From Limnochordia bacterium (GTDB taxonomy: Bacteria > Bacillota > Limnochordia > DTU087 > JAAYGB01): a stretch of DNA of 64,000 bases. Location of the stretch: NCBI GenBank assembly GCA_041687495.1, contig JAWLBR010000005.1:601-64600 (forward strand), in the 5' to 3' direction. Positions within the stretch are counted from its first letter, which is position 1. The number at the start of each line of letters is the position of its first letter. A program made the position numbers and the translations under genes. Positions 30,861 through 40,498 of the stretch are shown here, in pieces. The notes under the pieces are model-generated. The model worked only from the letters and a program-made list of their open reading frames with translations, was not told the DNA's origin and ran no database searches.

Positions 30861-32327
30861 CTACTGAGACAGCCAATTGATCAACTGCTCGCCACTCCAC
30901 TGCAGCAGCTCTGGCATGCCGCCTAAGACGATAGCGGCAATCAGCAGAGCCACAACCGGAAGGTGCGCCGCCAGACTAAGCTGACCCTCGGCCTCAAATT
31001 GCGGATTCGGTAGCTCACTCCGGCTGCTCACAGCGGTGTAAACCAAGGTAGCAAACCGGAAGTAGTAAGCGGCAGACAAAGCGGTGCCGGCAGCTAATAC
31101 TAAGACTGCCAGGGAGTGCCCGGATTTGAGCAGCGACTCGATCAAGAACCACTTGCCGGCAAAGCCAGCCAAGGGCGGAATTCCGAGAATACCGAGCACC
31201 AGCACTCCAAACAAGACAGACATCACCGGCCACCGATAGAAAGCCCCTTTGAGCGCAGTGGTCTGCCGAGAACCGGCCTCATGGGTAAGACTGCCAACCG
31301 TTAAGAACAAGCCTGCTTTAATGATCCCATGGGCAACCATATAGACCAGTGCAACTGCGATGCCCGCCGCACTGCCTGTCCCTAAGGCCATGGCAATATA
31401 TCCAACATTGGCTATGCTGGAATACGCCAACAGACGCTTACTCTCTGTCTGTACCGAGGCCATGAGATGGCCGACCACAACGGTCAGCATCCCCAAGGCC
31501 AGAAGGATCTGGGGAATAGCCAGCTGATGCATCAGCTCCATACCGAAGGTGAGGAACAGCACGCGAATAATGCTGTATGCACCAACCTTGATCACAGCAC
31601 CTGAGAGAAGGGCGCTAATGGGAGACGGCGCCGATGCATGGGCATCCGCCAGCCACGGATGAAAGGGAACCAAGCCCAACTTGACCATAAAGGAAATCAG
31701 CAGCAGTCCCGCCATCACTGCCGATACCCTAGGCGAAACAGCACCCAGGCGGCTGCCAATCACCTCAAGGTTCAATGATCCGGTTGCAAAGTACAAGAAC
31801 ACAACAGACAATAGCAACAGGACTCCTGACAGAGCCCCGTATAGAAGGTATTTGAAGGCCGCCTCCAGTGCACTGACTCGCCGTTCAAAGGCGACTAGCG
31901 AGTACGAGGTAATAGATATGATTTCGGTAAAGACATATAAGTTGAACAGATCACCAGTGGTAACTGCTCCCGTCAGCCCAGCGGTCAGAAGACAAAGGAG
32001 CACATAGTACTTCCCCTGGTTGTGGGCAATGCGGTCGAAGGAGTATAACGTGCTCATCGCAGTAAGCAGTGTAATGAGGGCAACCATAACAGCGCCTACC
32101 CGGTCCACATAAAGGCTGATTCCAATCCCATGGCGCCAACCCCCGACTAGATACTCCAGAGGGAGATGATTCCACTGGGATAGCAGCACTGCAACTAGGC
32201 AAAGCTGCAGGACGATGGCGCCAACCAACGCCGGCTTACGCAGCCTTGGGGAGATGAGGTCAAGCAGCGGTAGGGCAAAGGCCGCTGCCATGGGAGCGGT
32301 AATGAGGAGAAACGGCAGATGTGTCAC
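30861..32327 (-). CDS. mrpD: Na+/H+ antiporter Mrp subunit D (NuoN/M-like)
   Basis: 488 aa with FHPWLADAHASAPSPISALLSG. Confidence 0.85.
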   Translation of the reverse strand: MTHLPFLLITAPMAAAFALPLLDLISPRLRKPALVGAIVLQLCLVAVLLSQWNHLPLEYLVGGWRHGIGISLYVDRVGAVMVALITLLTAMSTLYSFDRIAHNQGKYYVLLCLLTAGLTGAVTTGDLFNLYVFTEIISITSYSLVAFERRVSALEAAFKYLLYGALSGVLLLLSVVFLYFATGSLNLEVIGSRLGAVSPRVSAVMAGLLLISFMVKLGLVPFHPWLADAHASAPSPISALLSGAVIKVGAYSIIRVLFLTFGMELMHQLAIPQILLALGMLTVVVGHLMASVQTESKRLLAYSSIANVGYIAMALGTGSAAGIAVALVYMVAHGIIKAGLFLTVGSLTHEAGSRQTTALKGAFYRWPVMSVLFGVLVLGILGIPPLAGFAGKWFLIESLLKSGHSLAVLVLAAGTALSAAYYFRFATLVYTAVSSRSELPNPQFEAEGQLSLAAHLPVVALLIAAIVLGGMPELLQWSGEQLINWLSQ

Positions 32328-32674
32328 CCGCGCAGCCTCCTTATTTCCCTAACATCCAGCGTCCCATAGTATTTGCCAATTTTGACAATAATGGACAATC
32401 CCAGCGCCGTAACGCTGGCCCCTATGACAACTGCAGTCAAGGCCAAAGCCTGAGGCACCGGGTCAGCATAGACCCCTTCACCCATGATAATGGGGGGCTG
32501 GCGTCCAGCTACATACCCATGGGAGACTAACAACAGTAAGACCGCTGCCTCCATAATGTTGATCCCCATCATGATCTGAATGAGGTTCCGTTGGGTAAAT
32601 ACCGAGTAAATACCCACGAGGAAAACAAGAATGGTGATAATATCAAAAAGTCTAAGTATCAATCCACTCAACAT
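32324..32674 (-). CDS. mrpC: Mrp subunit C (NuoK-like)
   Basis: 116 aa with 3 TM segments. It overlaps both neighbouring genes. Confidence 0.8.
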   Translation of the reverse strand: MLSGLILRLFDIITILVFLVGIYSVFTQRNLIQIMMGINIMEAAVLLLLVSHGYVAGRQPPIIMGEGVYADPVPQALALTAVVIGASVTALGLSIIVKIGKYYGTLDVREIRRLRG

Positions 32675-33362
32675 CCTTTTTGATCATACTCAAGAAGATC
32701 AGAGAAAGCCCGGCTCCTACTTTGAGCCCGGACAGAAGGTTTAGTACCGGCAGAGTTCCTCCACTAAACAATCTACCGTATTCACCGACCGGGAAACCCG
32801 CTTCAAGGTTAGTGAAGGCAAAACCAGCCTGGACTATCCCCACACCAGCAATCAGCAGCATCCCCAGTGCCGCTGCACATTCGATGGCGGTTTTGCGCGG
32901 GGGACTCAACCAAGCTGCCTCAAACCCTGCACCGTAAACAGCGGCCATGAGAATAGACAAAGTAGCCCAGACAACTCCACCTTGAAAGCCACCCCCGGGG
33001 CTTAGATGCCCGTGTAGCACGAGATACGTTCCGTACGTAAACAGCAAGGGAGCGAGGATCCCCAAGCCCCACCGGGGAAGAAACGCCAACCCCACCCAGG
33101 TGCTTTCGAACACCCTACGGTGAAACAACAGGACGATTCCAGCCACCGCAGCAAAGACTACACTCGTCTCACCCAGGGTATCAAACATGCGGTAATCAAA
33201 TAAGATCGCTGAGACTACGTTAGGAACCCCAACTTCCGTTGGAGCAGCATTGAGATAGTAGCTCCCCAGCTCTCCTACCATTTCCCGGGTGGAAAACTCA
33301 CCTATAGCATCAAAGAGTACCCAGCCGAGCATAGACAATGAGCATACAATCACCCAGTTCAT
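32652..33362 (-). CDS. mrpB: Mrp subunit B
   Basis: 236 aa polytopic protein. Assigned by operon position. Confidence 0.75.
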   Translation of the reverse strand: MNWVIVCSLSMLGWVLFDAIGEFSTREMVGELGSYYLNAAPTEVGVPNVVSAILFDYRMFDTLGETSVVFAAVAGIVLLFHRRVFESTWVGLAFLPRWGLGILAPLLFTYGTYLVLHGHLSPGGGFQGGVVWATLSILMAAVYGAGFEAAWLSPPRKTAIECAAALGMLLIAGVGIVQAGFAFTNLEAGFPVGEYGRLFSGGTLPVLNLLSGLKVGAGLSLIFLSMIKKDVEWIDT

Positions 33363-33598
33363 GCGGCATCCCTCGTCTTGCTGATGGCAACCAGGTACAA
33401 AGCGGTCACAAAGCCTCCGCCTACTACCGCTTCAGTGATAGCTACATCCAACGCCGAGACCAATACAAAACATACTGCTGCTGTGACGCTGAACACCGAC
33501 ATGAGGATGACTGCGCTGAGAAGATTACGGCAACGAACAATCAAGATACTGATGGTCAAAAGAAGCAATCCTAAGGCGATTAGCACATAGTCTGTCAT
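33359..33598 (-). CDS. Small MrpB/MbhD-like membrane subunit
   Basis: 79 aa with 2-3 TM segments, overlapping its neighbours by 4 nt. Confidence 0.65.
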   Translation of the reverse strand: MTDYVLIALGLLLLTISILIVRCRNLLSAVILMSVFSVTAAVCFVLVSALDVAITEAVVGGGFVTALYLVAISKTRDAA

Positions 33599-33927
33599 TG
33601 GCTATCGGCCTCCTCGAAGTTTATCTGCTCGTCCTCAGGGGTTAAGCCCATGCGATGGACAGCCCGAGCGATGGCATGGGTGCCAATGGGATTACTGAAC
33701 AAGAACAGAAGGGCAATTAGGCCAAAACGGATTGTGTAGACCCATTGTCCCATATACAAAGCTCCGCCTACCGCCATGGATATCACCCCAGCGGTTAGGG
33801 CTTTGGTGGCAGCATGAAACCGAGCGTACGCATCTGGTAGACGCACAAGCCCTAGAGCTGCGATCAGCGCAAACGCCGATCCCAAATAGATCAGCACAAG
33901 GCCCACGCCGGTGATCCAAGATCTCAT
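33595..33927 (-). CDS. mrpG: Mrp subunit G
   Basis: 110 aa with GTHAIARA, which is typical of MnhG. Confidence 0.8.
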   Translation of the reverse strand: MRSWITGVGLVLIYLGSAFALIAALGLVRLPDAYARFHAATKALTAGVISMAVGGALYMGQWVYTIRFGLIALLFLFSNPIGTHAIARAVHRMGLTPEDEQINFEEADSQ

Positions 33928-34181
33928 ATGTGGATTGCTCCCCTTTCCATAAATTTAGCCATTAGCAAAACGTCGGCAAACAGCAAAATGGCATAAGCGA
34001 TGGTGACATCCAGAATCATCACCTGGCCCAGGACAAGGGAAGTGAGGATGAGGATCAGACACATGCTGACCCCAAACACATCGCCGCCTATCACCCGGTC
34101 CACGTTAGTTGGTCCCTGGGCAATTCGATAAAGACTGATGACGGCGGCCAAAAAGACCATGATCACAGGAGCGATCAGCAT
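33924..34181 (-). CDS. mrpF: Mrp subunit F
   Basis: 85 aa with 3 TM segments. Confidence 0.75.
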   Translation of the reverse strand: MLIAPVIMVFLAAVISLYRIAQGPTNVDRVIGGDVFGVSMCLILILTSLVLGQVMILDVTIAYAILLFADVLLMAKFMERGAIHI

Positions 34182-34675
34182 TCTGCCACCTTCTTTATTA
34201 GGTTTTCAAGTTTCTGGATTGACGCAAGAGGCGCTGCGTCGGCCTTTTCGGAGAGACAGTGAATGTAGAGAGCCCTTCGCTGCGGAATATAGTCGATGGC
34301 AAGAGTACCGGGGGTAAGCGTAATCAAACTGGAGAAAACAGTAACGGCCAACGGAGACTGAAGTGACACAGGATAGGAAGTAACCCGAGACACCACACGC
34401 CCGCCCCGCACGATGGTGCGGGCTAGGCGAACAGCCGAGGCAAACACCTCGTAGACGAAAATTACTAAAGTAATGCATGCCCACCCAACCCGAGCTGCCA
34501 CTCGACAGAACGACACAGGGCGAGGCTGCCAGCTAGATTCTTTTCTGAACATTATGGTAAAAAGTCCGGCTCCGGCCAAACTGACTATGAAACCAACTAG
34601 CAGTTCCCCGAGCCCCAAACCTCCAGATAGGGCTAACCATAAAAGCAGACACTCGAGCAAAAGAATTGTTTGCAT
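34175..34675 (-). CDS. mrpE: Mrp subunit E
   Basis: 166 aa with TLTPGTL, which is typical of MnhE. First gene of the cluster. Confidence 0.78.
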   Translation of the reverse strand: MQTILLLECLLLWLALSGGLGLGELLVGFIVSLAGAGLFTIMFRKESSWQPRPVSFCRVAARVGWACITLVIFVYEVFASAVRLARTIVRGGRVVSRVTSYPVSLQSPLAVTVFSSLITLTPGTLAIDYIPQRRALYIHCLSEKADAAPLASIQKLENLIKKVAEC

Positions 34676-34754
34676 TTAGATCCCCCAGGGAGAAATTCTT
34701 CCTTTGCCGAGATTACCCTTCATAAAAATGCAGTGATGTAGTACTACAACAGCG

Positions 34755-35630
34755 TCAGCCGCCATTTGGGTAGTTGCGGCGGGCATGAAGTCGCTGCCAG
34801 TACCTAACATAGTGCTGTAGGGATCTGACTGCCACTGAACCGATGTACGTTACCCCCGCCAACAAGACGATAGTTGCTCCCGTTGGGAGATCCGGTGCAA
34901 AAGAAACGGCCAATCCTACAGTAGTAAAAACCAGTCCTAAGGCAGAAGCCAGCAGCATCATCCTGCCAAGTCTGCGTGTATACTGCCCCGCAATTGCGGC
35001 AGGCAGAGTTAGCAGAGCTATTACTAGAATCAGCCCAACCACCTGAATGAGGACAACCACTGTCAACGAGATCAGGCACAGCAAGAGTAGATACATGAAT
35101 TCCACAGGTACGCCCCGCAGCCGAGCATACTCCTCATCAAACACCACTGCTAGAAATGGCCGGTAAAAAAGACCGACTAAAGCCAAGATGGCCAAGTCCA
35201 TAATCCCGATGAGAACAAGGTCCTGCGCAGTAACCATCAAAATGTTCCCAAATAAAAAACTGGTCAGATCCACGCTGTAGCCTGGTGTCTTGGCAATGAA
35301 GATGATGCCTACTGCCATTCCCACGGCCCACAAGGCTCCAATCAGGGTATCCTCATGCTGCTGGGCCCTGAGTCGAACTAGACCGATGATTACTGCGGCA
35401 ATGACTGCGGCAATGAGGGCGCCAGACATCGGATCTGCCCCAAGATAATAGGCAACACCCATTCCTCCCAAAACTGCGTGGGAGATCCCCCCTCCAATGA
35501 AGGCAATACGCTTGACGACAACATAGGTGCCGGTGATCCCACAAGCAATGCTGGCTAGGGCGCCAGCCAACAGTGCATTTTGCATAAATGGGAATGCCAT
35601 TACTGCTTGTAAGAACTCACTCACAGACAC
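34755..35630 (-). CDS. znuB: Metal (Zn/Mn) ABC transporter permease
   Basis: ZnuB/TroCD-like polytopic protein. GTG 35630 has GGAGGAA 6 nt upstream. The listed ORF extends to 35699, inside znuC. Confidence 0.85.
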   Translation of the reverse strand: MSVSEFLQAVMAFPFMQNALLAGALASIACGITGTYVVVKRIAFIGGGISHAVLGGMGVAYYLGADPMSGALIAAVIAAVIIGLVRLRAQQHEDTLIGALWAVGMAVGIIFIAKTPGYSVDLTSFLFGNILMVTAQDLVLIGIMDLAILALVGLFYRPFLAVVFDEEYARLRGVPVEFMYLLLLCLISLTVVVLIQVVGLILVIALLTLPAAIAGQYTRRLGRMMLLASALGLVFTTVGLAVSFAPDLPTGATIVLLAGVTYIGSVAVRSLQHYVRYWQRLHARRNYPNGG

Positions 35631-35646
35631 TGCCCCTTCCTCCAGG

Positions 35647-36381
35647 TCAAATCTCGCAGCGGTGCTGCAGCATTTGGACTGATCGATTGTAGATATCAAA
35701 GACCGCTTCCTTGGTGATTTCAGCTGCCGAGTGTACCACTAGGCGACGGTTAACGCAAGCCACTTTATTGACGTACGAGGAGACAAACCCGAAGTCGTGG
35801 GTGACAAGTACTACGGTTAGCGTCTTATTCAGCTCACGCAGTAACTCATAGATATCTTGCTCGACTCGGCTGTCGACACTAGCGGTGGGTTCATCGAGAA
35901 AGAGAACCTGCGGATTGGAAGCTAATGCCCTAGCTATGAACACCCGCTGCCGCTGTCCCCCCGACAGGTCACTCAAGGGGCGCTGCGCCAGGCCATCCAC
36001 CTCTACAGCCGCCATGGCAGCCAGTGCGGCTTCCCGATCCCGCTGGCTGTAGCGCCCGATCAAGGATCGGCGGGAAAGCCGACCCATAAGCACCAAGTCC
36101 ATAACGGTGATGGGAAAGTCGCGATCAAACTCCAGCAACTGCGGGACGTAACCAACGACAGGTCTGGCAGCGATGGGGCTTTGGCCCATCACCGTCACCA
36201 AGCCTTGCGACGGACGCAAGATTCCCAGCGCCAACTTCAGCAAGGTAGTCTTCCCCCCACCATTGGGACCCACCACGCCGAGAAAATCCCTCTCGTCAAC
36301 TGTTAAGTTCACATTTTCTAGTACCGGAGTGGCATTATAGGCAAAGCTAACTTCACGAAACTGCAGTACTGGTTCTGACAC
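35647..36381 (-). CDS. znuC: Metal ABC transporter ATP-binding protein
   Basis: Walker A GPNGGGKTT, signature LSGGQRQR and Walker B LFLDEPT. Confidence 0.9.
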   Translation of the reverse strand: MSEPVLQFREVSFAYNATPVLENVNLTVDERDFLGVVGPNGGGKTTLLKLALGILRPSQGLVTVMGQSPIAARPVVGYVPQLLEFDRDFPITVMDLVLMGRLSRRSLIGRYSQRDREAALAAMAAVEVDGLAQRPLSDLSGGQRQRVFIARALASNPQVLFLDEPTASVDSRVEQDIYELLRELNKTLTVVLVTHDFGFVSSYVNKVACVNRRLVVHSAAEITKEAVFDIYNRSVQMLQHRCEI

Positions 36382-36397
36382 AAGGGCCCATCCCTTC

Positions 36398-37321
36398 CTA
36401 CTTCAACAACTGATCTCGCAAGCTCACGGCGGTCCGCTTCAGGTTGGACAGATAGTCCTCCGCCAGTGGGTCGAGAGCGACCACACCAGCACCAACTGCC
36501 CTCGCCACTGCTTGAGCGCTCTTGGCATTGACCTGGGCCTGAACAAAGATCACTTTAATTCGTTCCCGCCGGGCCAGCTCAATAAACTGAGCCAGTTCTC
36601 TGGCACTGGGCTCTCGACCTGCTGTCTCGATGGGCACCTGCACGAGATCGTACTCATCGGCAAAGTACCCCCAAGAGGGATGAAACACCATGAACTTGCG
36701 ACTGTTGATGCCGGCAAGGGTTTGGCGGATCCACGCATCCACTTCATCCAGTTCCCGCATCAGCTGGGCTAGATTACTTGCATAAAGCGCAGCCCGTTGA
36801 GGGTCGATACTGCTCAAGGCTTGACTAATGGTCTCGGCCTGAGTCCTTGCCAATTTTGGGCTCAGCCAGATATGAGGATCGTATTCGTGGTCATGGTCAT
36901 GGGTGTGGACGCTCTCTGGTTCGCCGTGGCTGTGCCCTTCAACCTTACGCAAAGGGACTCCTCGGCGCATATCTACAATCTTCATCTGTCTGTTCACCGC
37001 GGCCAACTTGTCCATCCAGATGTTCTCAAACCCTACTCCAACTCGAAAATACAGGTCGGCAGAACTAAGCGCCACCATCTGTCGTGGCGTCGGGTCGTAT
37101 GTATGGGGGCTTTCGCCCGGGCCGACCATCACCTCAACATTTACATAATCACCACCAATGCGCTCCACAAAAAACTTCTGTGGTAGAACACTGACAAACA
37201 CCGAGACCTGCTTCGAGGCAGCCAACACACCTGAACTAAGTACAATGAAAACTATTATCAAGGCAATAATGAGTAGTACTGCCCTTCTCGGGCGACTACC
37301 CGACTGCAGCGTCATACGCAC
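36398..37321 (-). CDS. znuA: Metal ABC transporter substrate-binding protein with His-rich loop (ZnuA-like)
   Basis: TroA/ZnuA fold motifs, plus the loop GHSHGEPESVHTHDHDHEYDPH that is characteristic of zinc-specific ZnuA. Confidence 0.88.
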   Translation of the reverse strand: MRMTLQSGSRPRRAVLLIIALIIVFIVLSSGVLAASKQVSVFVSVLPQKFFVERIGGDYVNVEVMVGPGESPHTYDPTPRQMVALSSADLYFRVGVGFENIWMDKLAAVNRQMKIVDMRRGVPLRKVEGHSHGEPESVHTHDHDHEYDPHIWLSPKLARTQAETISQALSSIDPQRAALYASNLAQLMRELDEVDAWIRQTLAGINSRKFMVFHPSWGYFADEYDLVQVPIETAGREPSARELAQFIELARRERIKVIFVQAQVNAKSAQAVARAVGAGVVALDPLAEDYLSNLKRTAVSLRDQLLK

Positions 37322-37555
37322 GATCCCTCCTAAAGTGCAATACCGAAAAGCTTCTGGTTAAGGTCCACATAGATTCTACCACATGTAACTTTGCTTTTTC
37401 CACAGAGTCAACCACCTGCAAACTCGCACAACACTGCACTCCCTGCAGCCAAGTGTACACGTGACACAATTTTTACAATAACGCTGATCCAGGGCAAACC
37501 AAGTATACATCGTCTAGAGGGGTATTTCGGAGGCACGGGCCGTTTACAGACTGAT

Positions 37556-37584
37556 TTGACTTGAAAATTCGCCGGGCATATACT
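37556..37584 (+). promoter_or_regulatory. Promoter for the ArsB/NhaD permease and CBS genes
   Basis: TTGACT-17 nt-TATACT. Confidence 0.6.
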
Positions 37585-37711
37585 AGAAACATGTTTTTAG
37601 CGTGAGGAACGATGTCTAGTTCCATACAAGCTGTTGAGGACTGTTGCCGAACCGATAGGTTTTCGACCTCTCCTCGTTACTTCTACTCAAGGGGAACCGA
37701 GGTGTTTTCTA

Positions 37712-38992
37712 ATGCTAGCAGTACTGGATTCAACGACTTTCCGAGTCATCGAGGCTGTGGGGATCTTCATGTCCACTTATAGCCTGATTGTCTCCGAGAA
37801 GTTCAACCGCACTGTTGCAGTTATGTTAGGCATGCTTCTAACCATTCTCGTTGGACTGATGAGCCTCGAGGATGTAATCCACTCCATCGACTTTGAGACC
37901 ATCGGCCTACTCATCGGGATGATGGTAATCATCGGTATAGTGAGACGAACTGGTTTGTTTGAGTATTTGGCCATCAAATGTGTCAAAATTGCCCATGGCA
38001 ACCCACACCGGGTGATGATCGGCTTTGGAGTCATTACTGCAGTCTCATCCGCGCTACTAGACAATGTGACCACCGTGATGCTGATGGTGCCAATTACGTT
38101 TATGGTCACCCGCATTTTGCGGGCTCCAGTGATGCCCTTTCTTATTAGTCTGATCCTTGCCTCTAATGTCGGCGGCACCGCAACCCTCATTGGTGATCCG
38201 CCCAACATCATGATTGGAAGCGCGGCGCACTTAGGGTTCACGGACTTTATCGTCAACTTGGGTCCACCCATCATCGTAATTGTAGCAGTGACAATGGGGA
38301 TTCTCGGCCTGCTTTACCGAAAACACTTGGTCGCGTTGCCGGAGCGCCAGATGAGAGTACAGCAGCTCGATGAGAAGGCGGCCATCAAAGACCCAGTGTT
38401 GCTCAAAAAGGTACTAGTTGTCTTGGCTCTGACTTTAGCCGGCTTCTTCCTACACCAGATGCTGGGCCTAGAGACGGTAGTCGTTGCGTTCCTGGGCGCC
38501 ACCATCATGCTTCTGGTCACCGGGGTTGAGCCCAATGAAGCCTTTGCAGACGTGGAATGGGCAACGATATTTTTCTTTGTGGGGCTATTCGCCCTAGTTG
38601 GGGCTCTCCAGAAGGTCGGCGCCATCGCATGGATCAGCAGCTTGATGGTTGAAGTCACCGGTGAGAATTACGGCTTTGCTGCCTCGTTGATCCTATGGGT
38701 TTCAGGCCTTCTTTCCGGTATCGTAGATAATATTCCCTTTATTGCCACCACTATTCCCGTCCTGCAGGATCTTAGCGGCCCCACCTATCTTTGGTGGGCG
38801 CTCTCTCTAGGAGCTTGTCTAGGGGGCAACATGACTTTGGTCGGCGCATCCGCCAATGTGGTCGTTGCCGGACTGGCAAAGGAACACGGCTGTGATACGC
38901 TAACTTTTAAGGAGTACTTGAAGGTGGGGGTTCCCCTAACGGTCCTCGGCCTAGCCTTGGCACACGTGTACCTAATGATCCGTTTCCTCTAG
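37712..38992 (+). CDS. ArsB/NhaD-superfamily anion permease (citrate-transporter-like domain)
   Basis: Polytopic 426 aa protein with GGTATLIGDPPN and GGNMTLVGASAN repeats. ATG 37712 has GAGGTG 7 nt upstream. Confidence 0.8.
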   Translation: MLAVLDSTTFRVIEAVGIFMSTYSLIVSEKFNRTVAVMLGMLLTILVGLMSLEDVIHSIDFETIGLLIGMMVIIGIVRRTGLFEYLAIKCVKIAHGNPHRVMIGFGVITAVSSALLDNVTTVMLMVPITFMVTRILRAPVMPFLISLILASNVGGTATLIGDPPNIMIGSAAHLGFTDFIVNLGPPIIVIVAVTMGILGLLYRKHLVALPERQMRVQQLDEKAAIKDPVLLKKVLVVLALTLAGFFLHQMLGLETVVVAFLGATIMLLVTGVEPNEAFADVEWATIFFFVGLFALVGALQKVGAIAWISSLMVEVTGENYGFAASLILWVSGLLSGIVDNIPFIATTIPVLQDLSGPTYLWWALSLGACLGGNMTLVGASANVVVAGLAKEHGCDTLTFKEYLKVGVPLTVLGLALAHVYLMIRFL

Positions 38993-39065
38993 ATATAGGT
39001 AGGATGATAACCCCAGGAAGTTGGACCCTAGTTCAAGTGGAGCCCACAGAAGGAGAGCCGAACAG

Positions 39066-39542
39066 ATGCGGGCAAAGGATTTGATGACACGGGAAGTCGT
39101 CACTATACTTCGGCATCAGACCGTCGGCGAGGCGGCCGCGCTGATGTTTGATTACGAGATTACCGGTGTTCCTGTTCTTGACGAACAGGGAGAAGTGCTT
39201 GGTATGATTACCGAGGAGGATGTAATCAGAACAGCGCTCCCTCCGATGTACGAAGCCGTTCCCAGTTTAGCTTTCTTGGCCGATGTCGACGACTTTGGGG
39301 AGAACCTCAGTCACCTGCGGGAAATTCCCGTCGAGCGGGTAATGCACCGCAATGTGATCTTCTGCCAGACCGATACTCCCATTGTAGAAGTTGCCAGACT
39401 GATGGTTATCCATCACGCAAGACGAGTACCGGTGATGCAGCAGAGACACCTTGTAGGCATCATCAGTCGCACCGACGTTTTGAGGCAGATATCCCAAGTG
39501 TTCCCGGCTACCGATGATAGCGAGGCACCAGGGGATCAGTAG
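39066..39542 (+). CDS. CBS-domain pair protein
   Basis: Two CBS repeats (MTREVVTI...ITGVPVLD and MHRNVIFC...ARRVPVMQ). AAGGAGAG upstream. Confidence 0.85.
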   Translation: MRAKDLMTREVVTILRHQTVGEAAALMFDYEITGVPVLDEQGEVLGMITEEDVIRTALPPMYEAVPSLAFLADVDDFGENLSHLREIPVERVMHRNVIFCQTDTPIVEVARLMVIHHARRVPVMQQRHLVGIISRTDVLRQISQVFPATDDSEAPGDQ

Positions 39543-39565
39543 TGAAGTGCTTACTACAAATAACA

Positions 39566-39594
39566 AAGGGCGAGAATTGAAGCTTCTCGCCCTT
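39566..39594. terminator. Hairpin between convergent genes
   Basis: AAGGGCGAGAA-TTGAAGC-TTCTCGCCCTT. Confidence 0.65.
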
Positions 39595-39646
39595 CACCCA
39601 TGTTTCCCCCACTGACGCCGACCGCATCCCATCTTGTTGTTACTCA

Positions 39647-39805
39647 TTAGAAGTAACTGACCGGCAAGCGTGTGATGACTTTGCTTTTCACGGTATCGAG
39701 TCTGGTCTCAATGGTTCCACTGCGTCCATCCAAGCTGCTCCGGATATCTCCTCGCCGGCGATCTCTTTTCCTCTGCTGGTTGAACACCTTGTAAACTGCT
39801 AACAT
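39647..39805 (-). CDS. Hypothetical small basic protein (52 aa)
   Basis: MLAVYKVFNQQRKRDRRRGDIRS... AGGAGGAG lies upstream of ATG 39805. It has its own TATAAT at 39843..39848. The listed 111-aa form starts inside the upstream terminator, so I trimmed it. Confidence 0.45.
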   Translation of the reverse strand: MLAVYKVFNQQRKRDRRRGDIRSSLDGRSGTIETRLDTVKSKVITRLPVSYF

Positions 39806-39848
39806 CTTGCATCTCCTCCTGTTCTTTCTTACCTGCGAGCATATTATA

Positions 39849-39882
39849 CTCCCGGAGGTACCCGGAGGAAAGGCTCCGGGAG
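39849..39882. promoter_or_regulatory. Repeat/operator-like element abutting the -10 of the 52-aa ORF
   Basis: CTCCCGGAGG-TA-CCCGGAGG-AAAGG-CTCCGGGAG: a direct repeat of CCCGGAGG at a 10-bp period, plus the inverted copy CTCCGGGAG. Confidence 0.4.
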
Positions 39883-39966
39883 CAGAATTAACAGCTTTAT
39901 TACCAATCGTTCGCGCAAAGGCAATATTGCCCATGGAGAGAGCTCTTTTCCCTTCCGAGACCGCGC

Positions 39967-39995
39967 AAAAAAACGCCCCCAAAGCAAGGGGGCGT
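39967..39995 (-). terminator. Intrinsic terminator
   Basis: The minus strand reads ACGCCCCC-TTGCTTT-GGGGGCGT followed by TTTTTTT. Confidence 0.85.
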
Positions 39996-40059
39996 AGTCA
40001 ACTTTATGTGGAGCCGATTCAACCTCGGCCATTTTTGGCTGCTTACTCACAACTCCTGT

Positions 40060-40206
40060 TTAGTAGTTGGGCACTCTCGGCTCATCGACGTGGCCCATCA
40101 GCTCCATCAACAGCACTCGATCAACTTCCCTCTCATGGCACTCCTCAGCTGCATCACGATGGAACACGAGCATAACTGCGATCACCAAACCCACTAAGAG
40201 CAGCAT
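40060..40206 (-). CDS. Hypothetical 48-aa membrane-anchored peptide (not in the ORF track)
   Basis: My own translation gives MLLLVGLVIAVMLVFHRDAAEECHEREVDRVLLMELMGHVDEPRVPNY*. AAGGAGGG lies 7 nt upstream of the ATG. A strong terminator sits 65 nt downstream. Confidence 0.5.
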   Translation of the reverse strand: MLLLVGLVIAVMLVFHRDAAEECHEREVDRVLLMELMGHVDEPRVPNY

Positions 40207-40498
40207 GCCGATACCCTCCTTCTGGGAACCGTACATTGATGTATATTGGATCCTGTATACACATTATGGAACACATTGCGATTCTTGTCAACATTGCGCC
40301 GGAGACAGGTCCAATAGCCGAAATGCCGTCCTCATCGACGTTATGCGAAATATGCAGCGAAATTGCGTAAACATTTTGTTTCAAAAATAGCCTGATCAGC
40401 ACTTGAGCCTGACCTCATAGTAGGGATTTCCTGTCAAGTACGGGAAATCATTAAGAGAGAAGTTTGAAAGACAACATGCAAAGTAGGTGGTAATGCCA

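Noticed and set aside
37322-37555. Zur box or other operator upstream of znuA (palindrome GTGTACACGTGACAC, repeated ATGTGG)
   Set aside because: It does not resemble the Firmicute Zur consensus (AAATCGTAATnATTACGATTT). The palindromes are short enough to be chance.
39647-39982. Listed 111-aa minus-strand ORF, plus overlapping + ORFs 39807..40175 and 40006..40197
   Set aside because: The start of the 111-aa form lies inside the strong terminator at 39967..39995. Only its last 52 codons have an RBS and promoter. The + strand ORFs have no RBS and run antisense to better-supported small genes.
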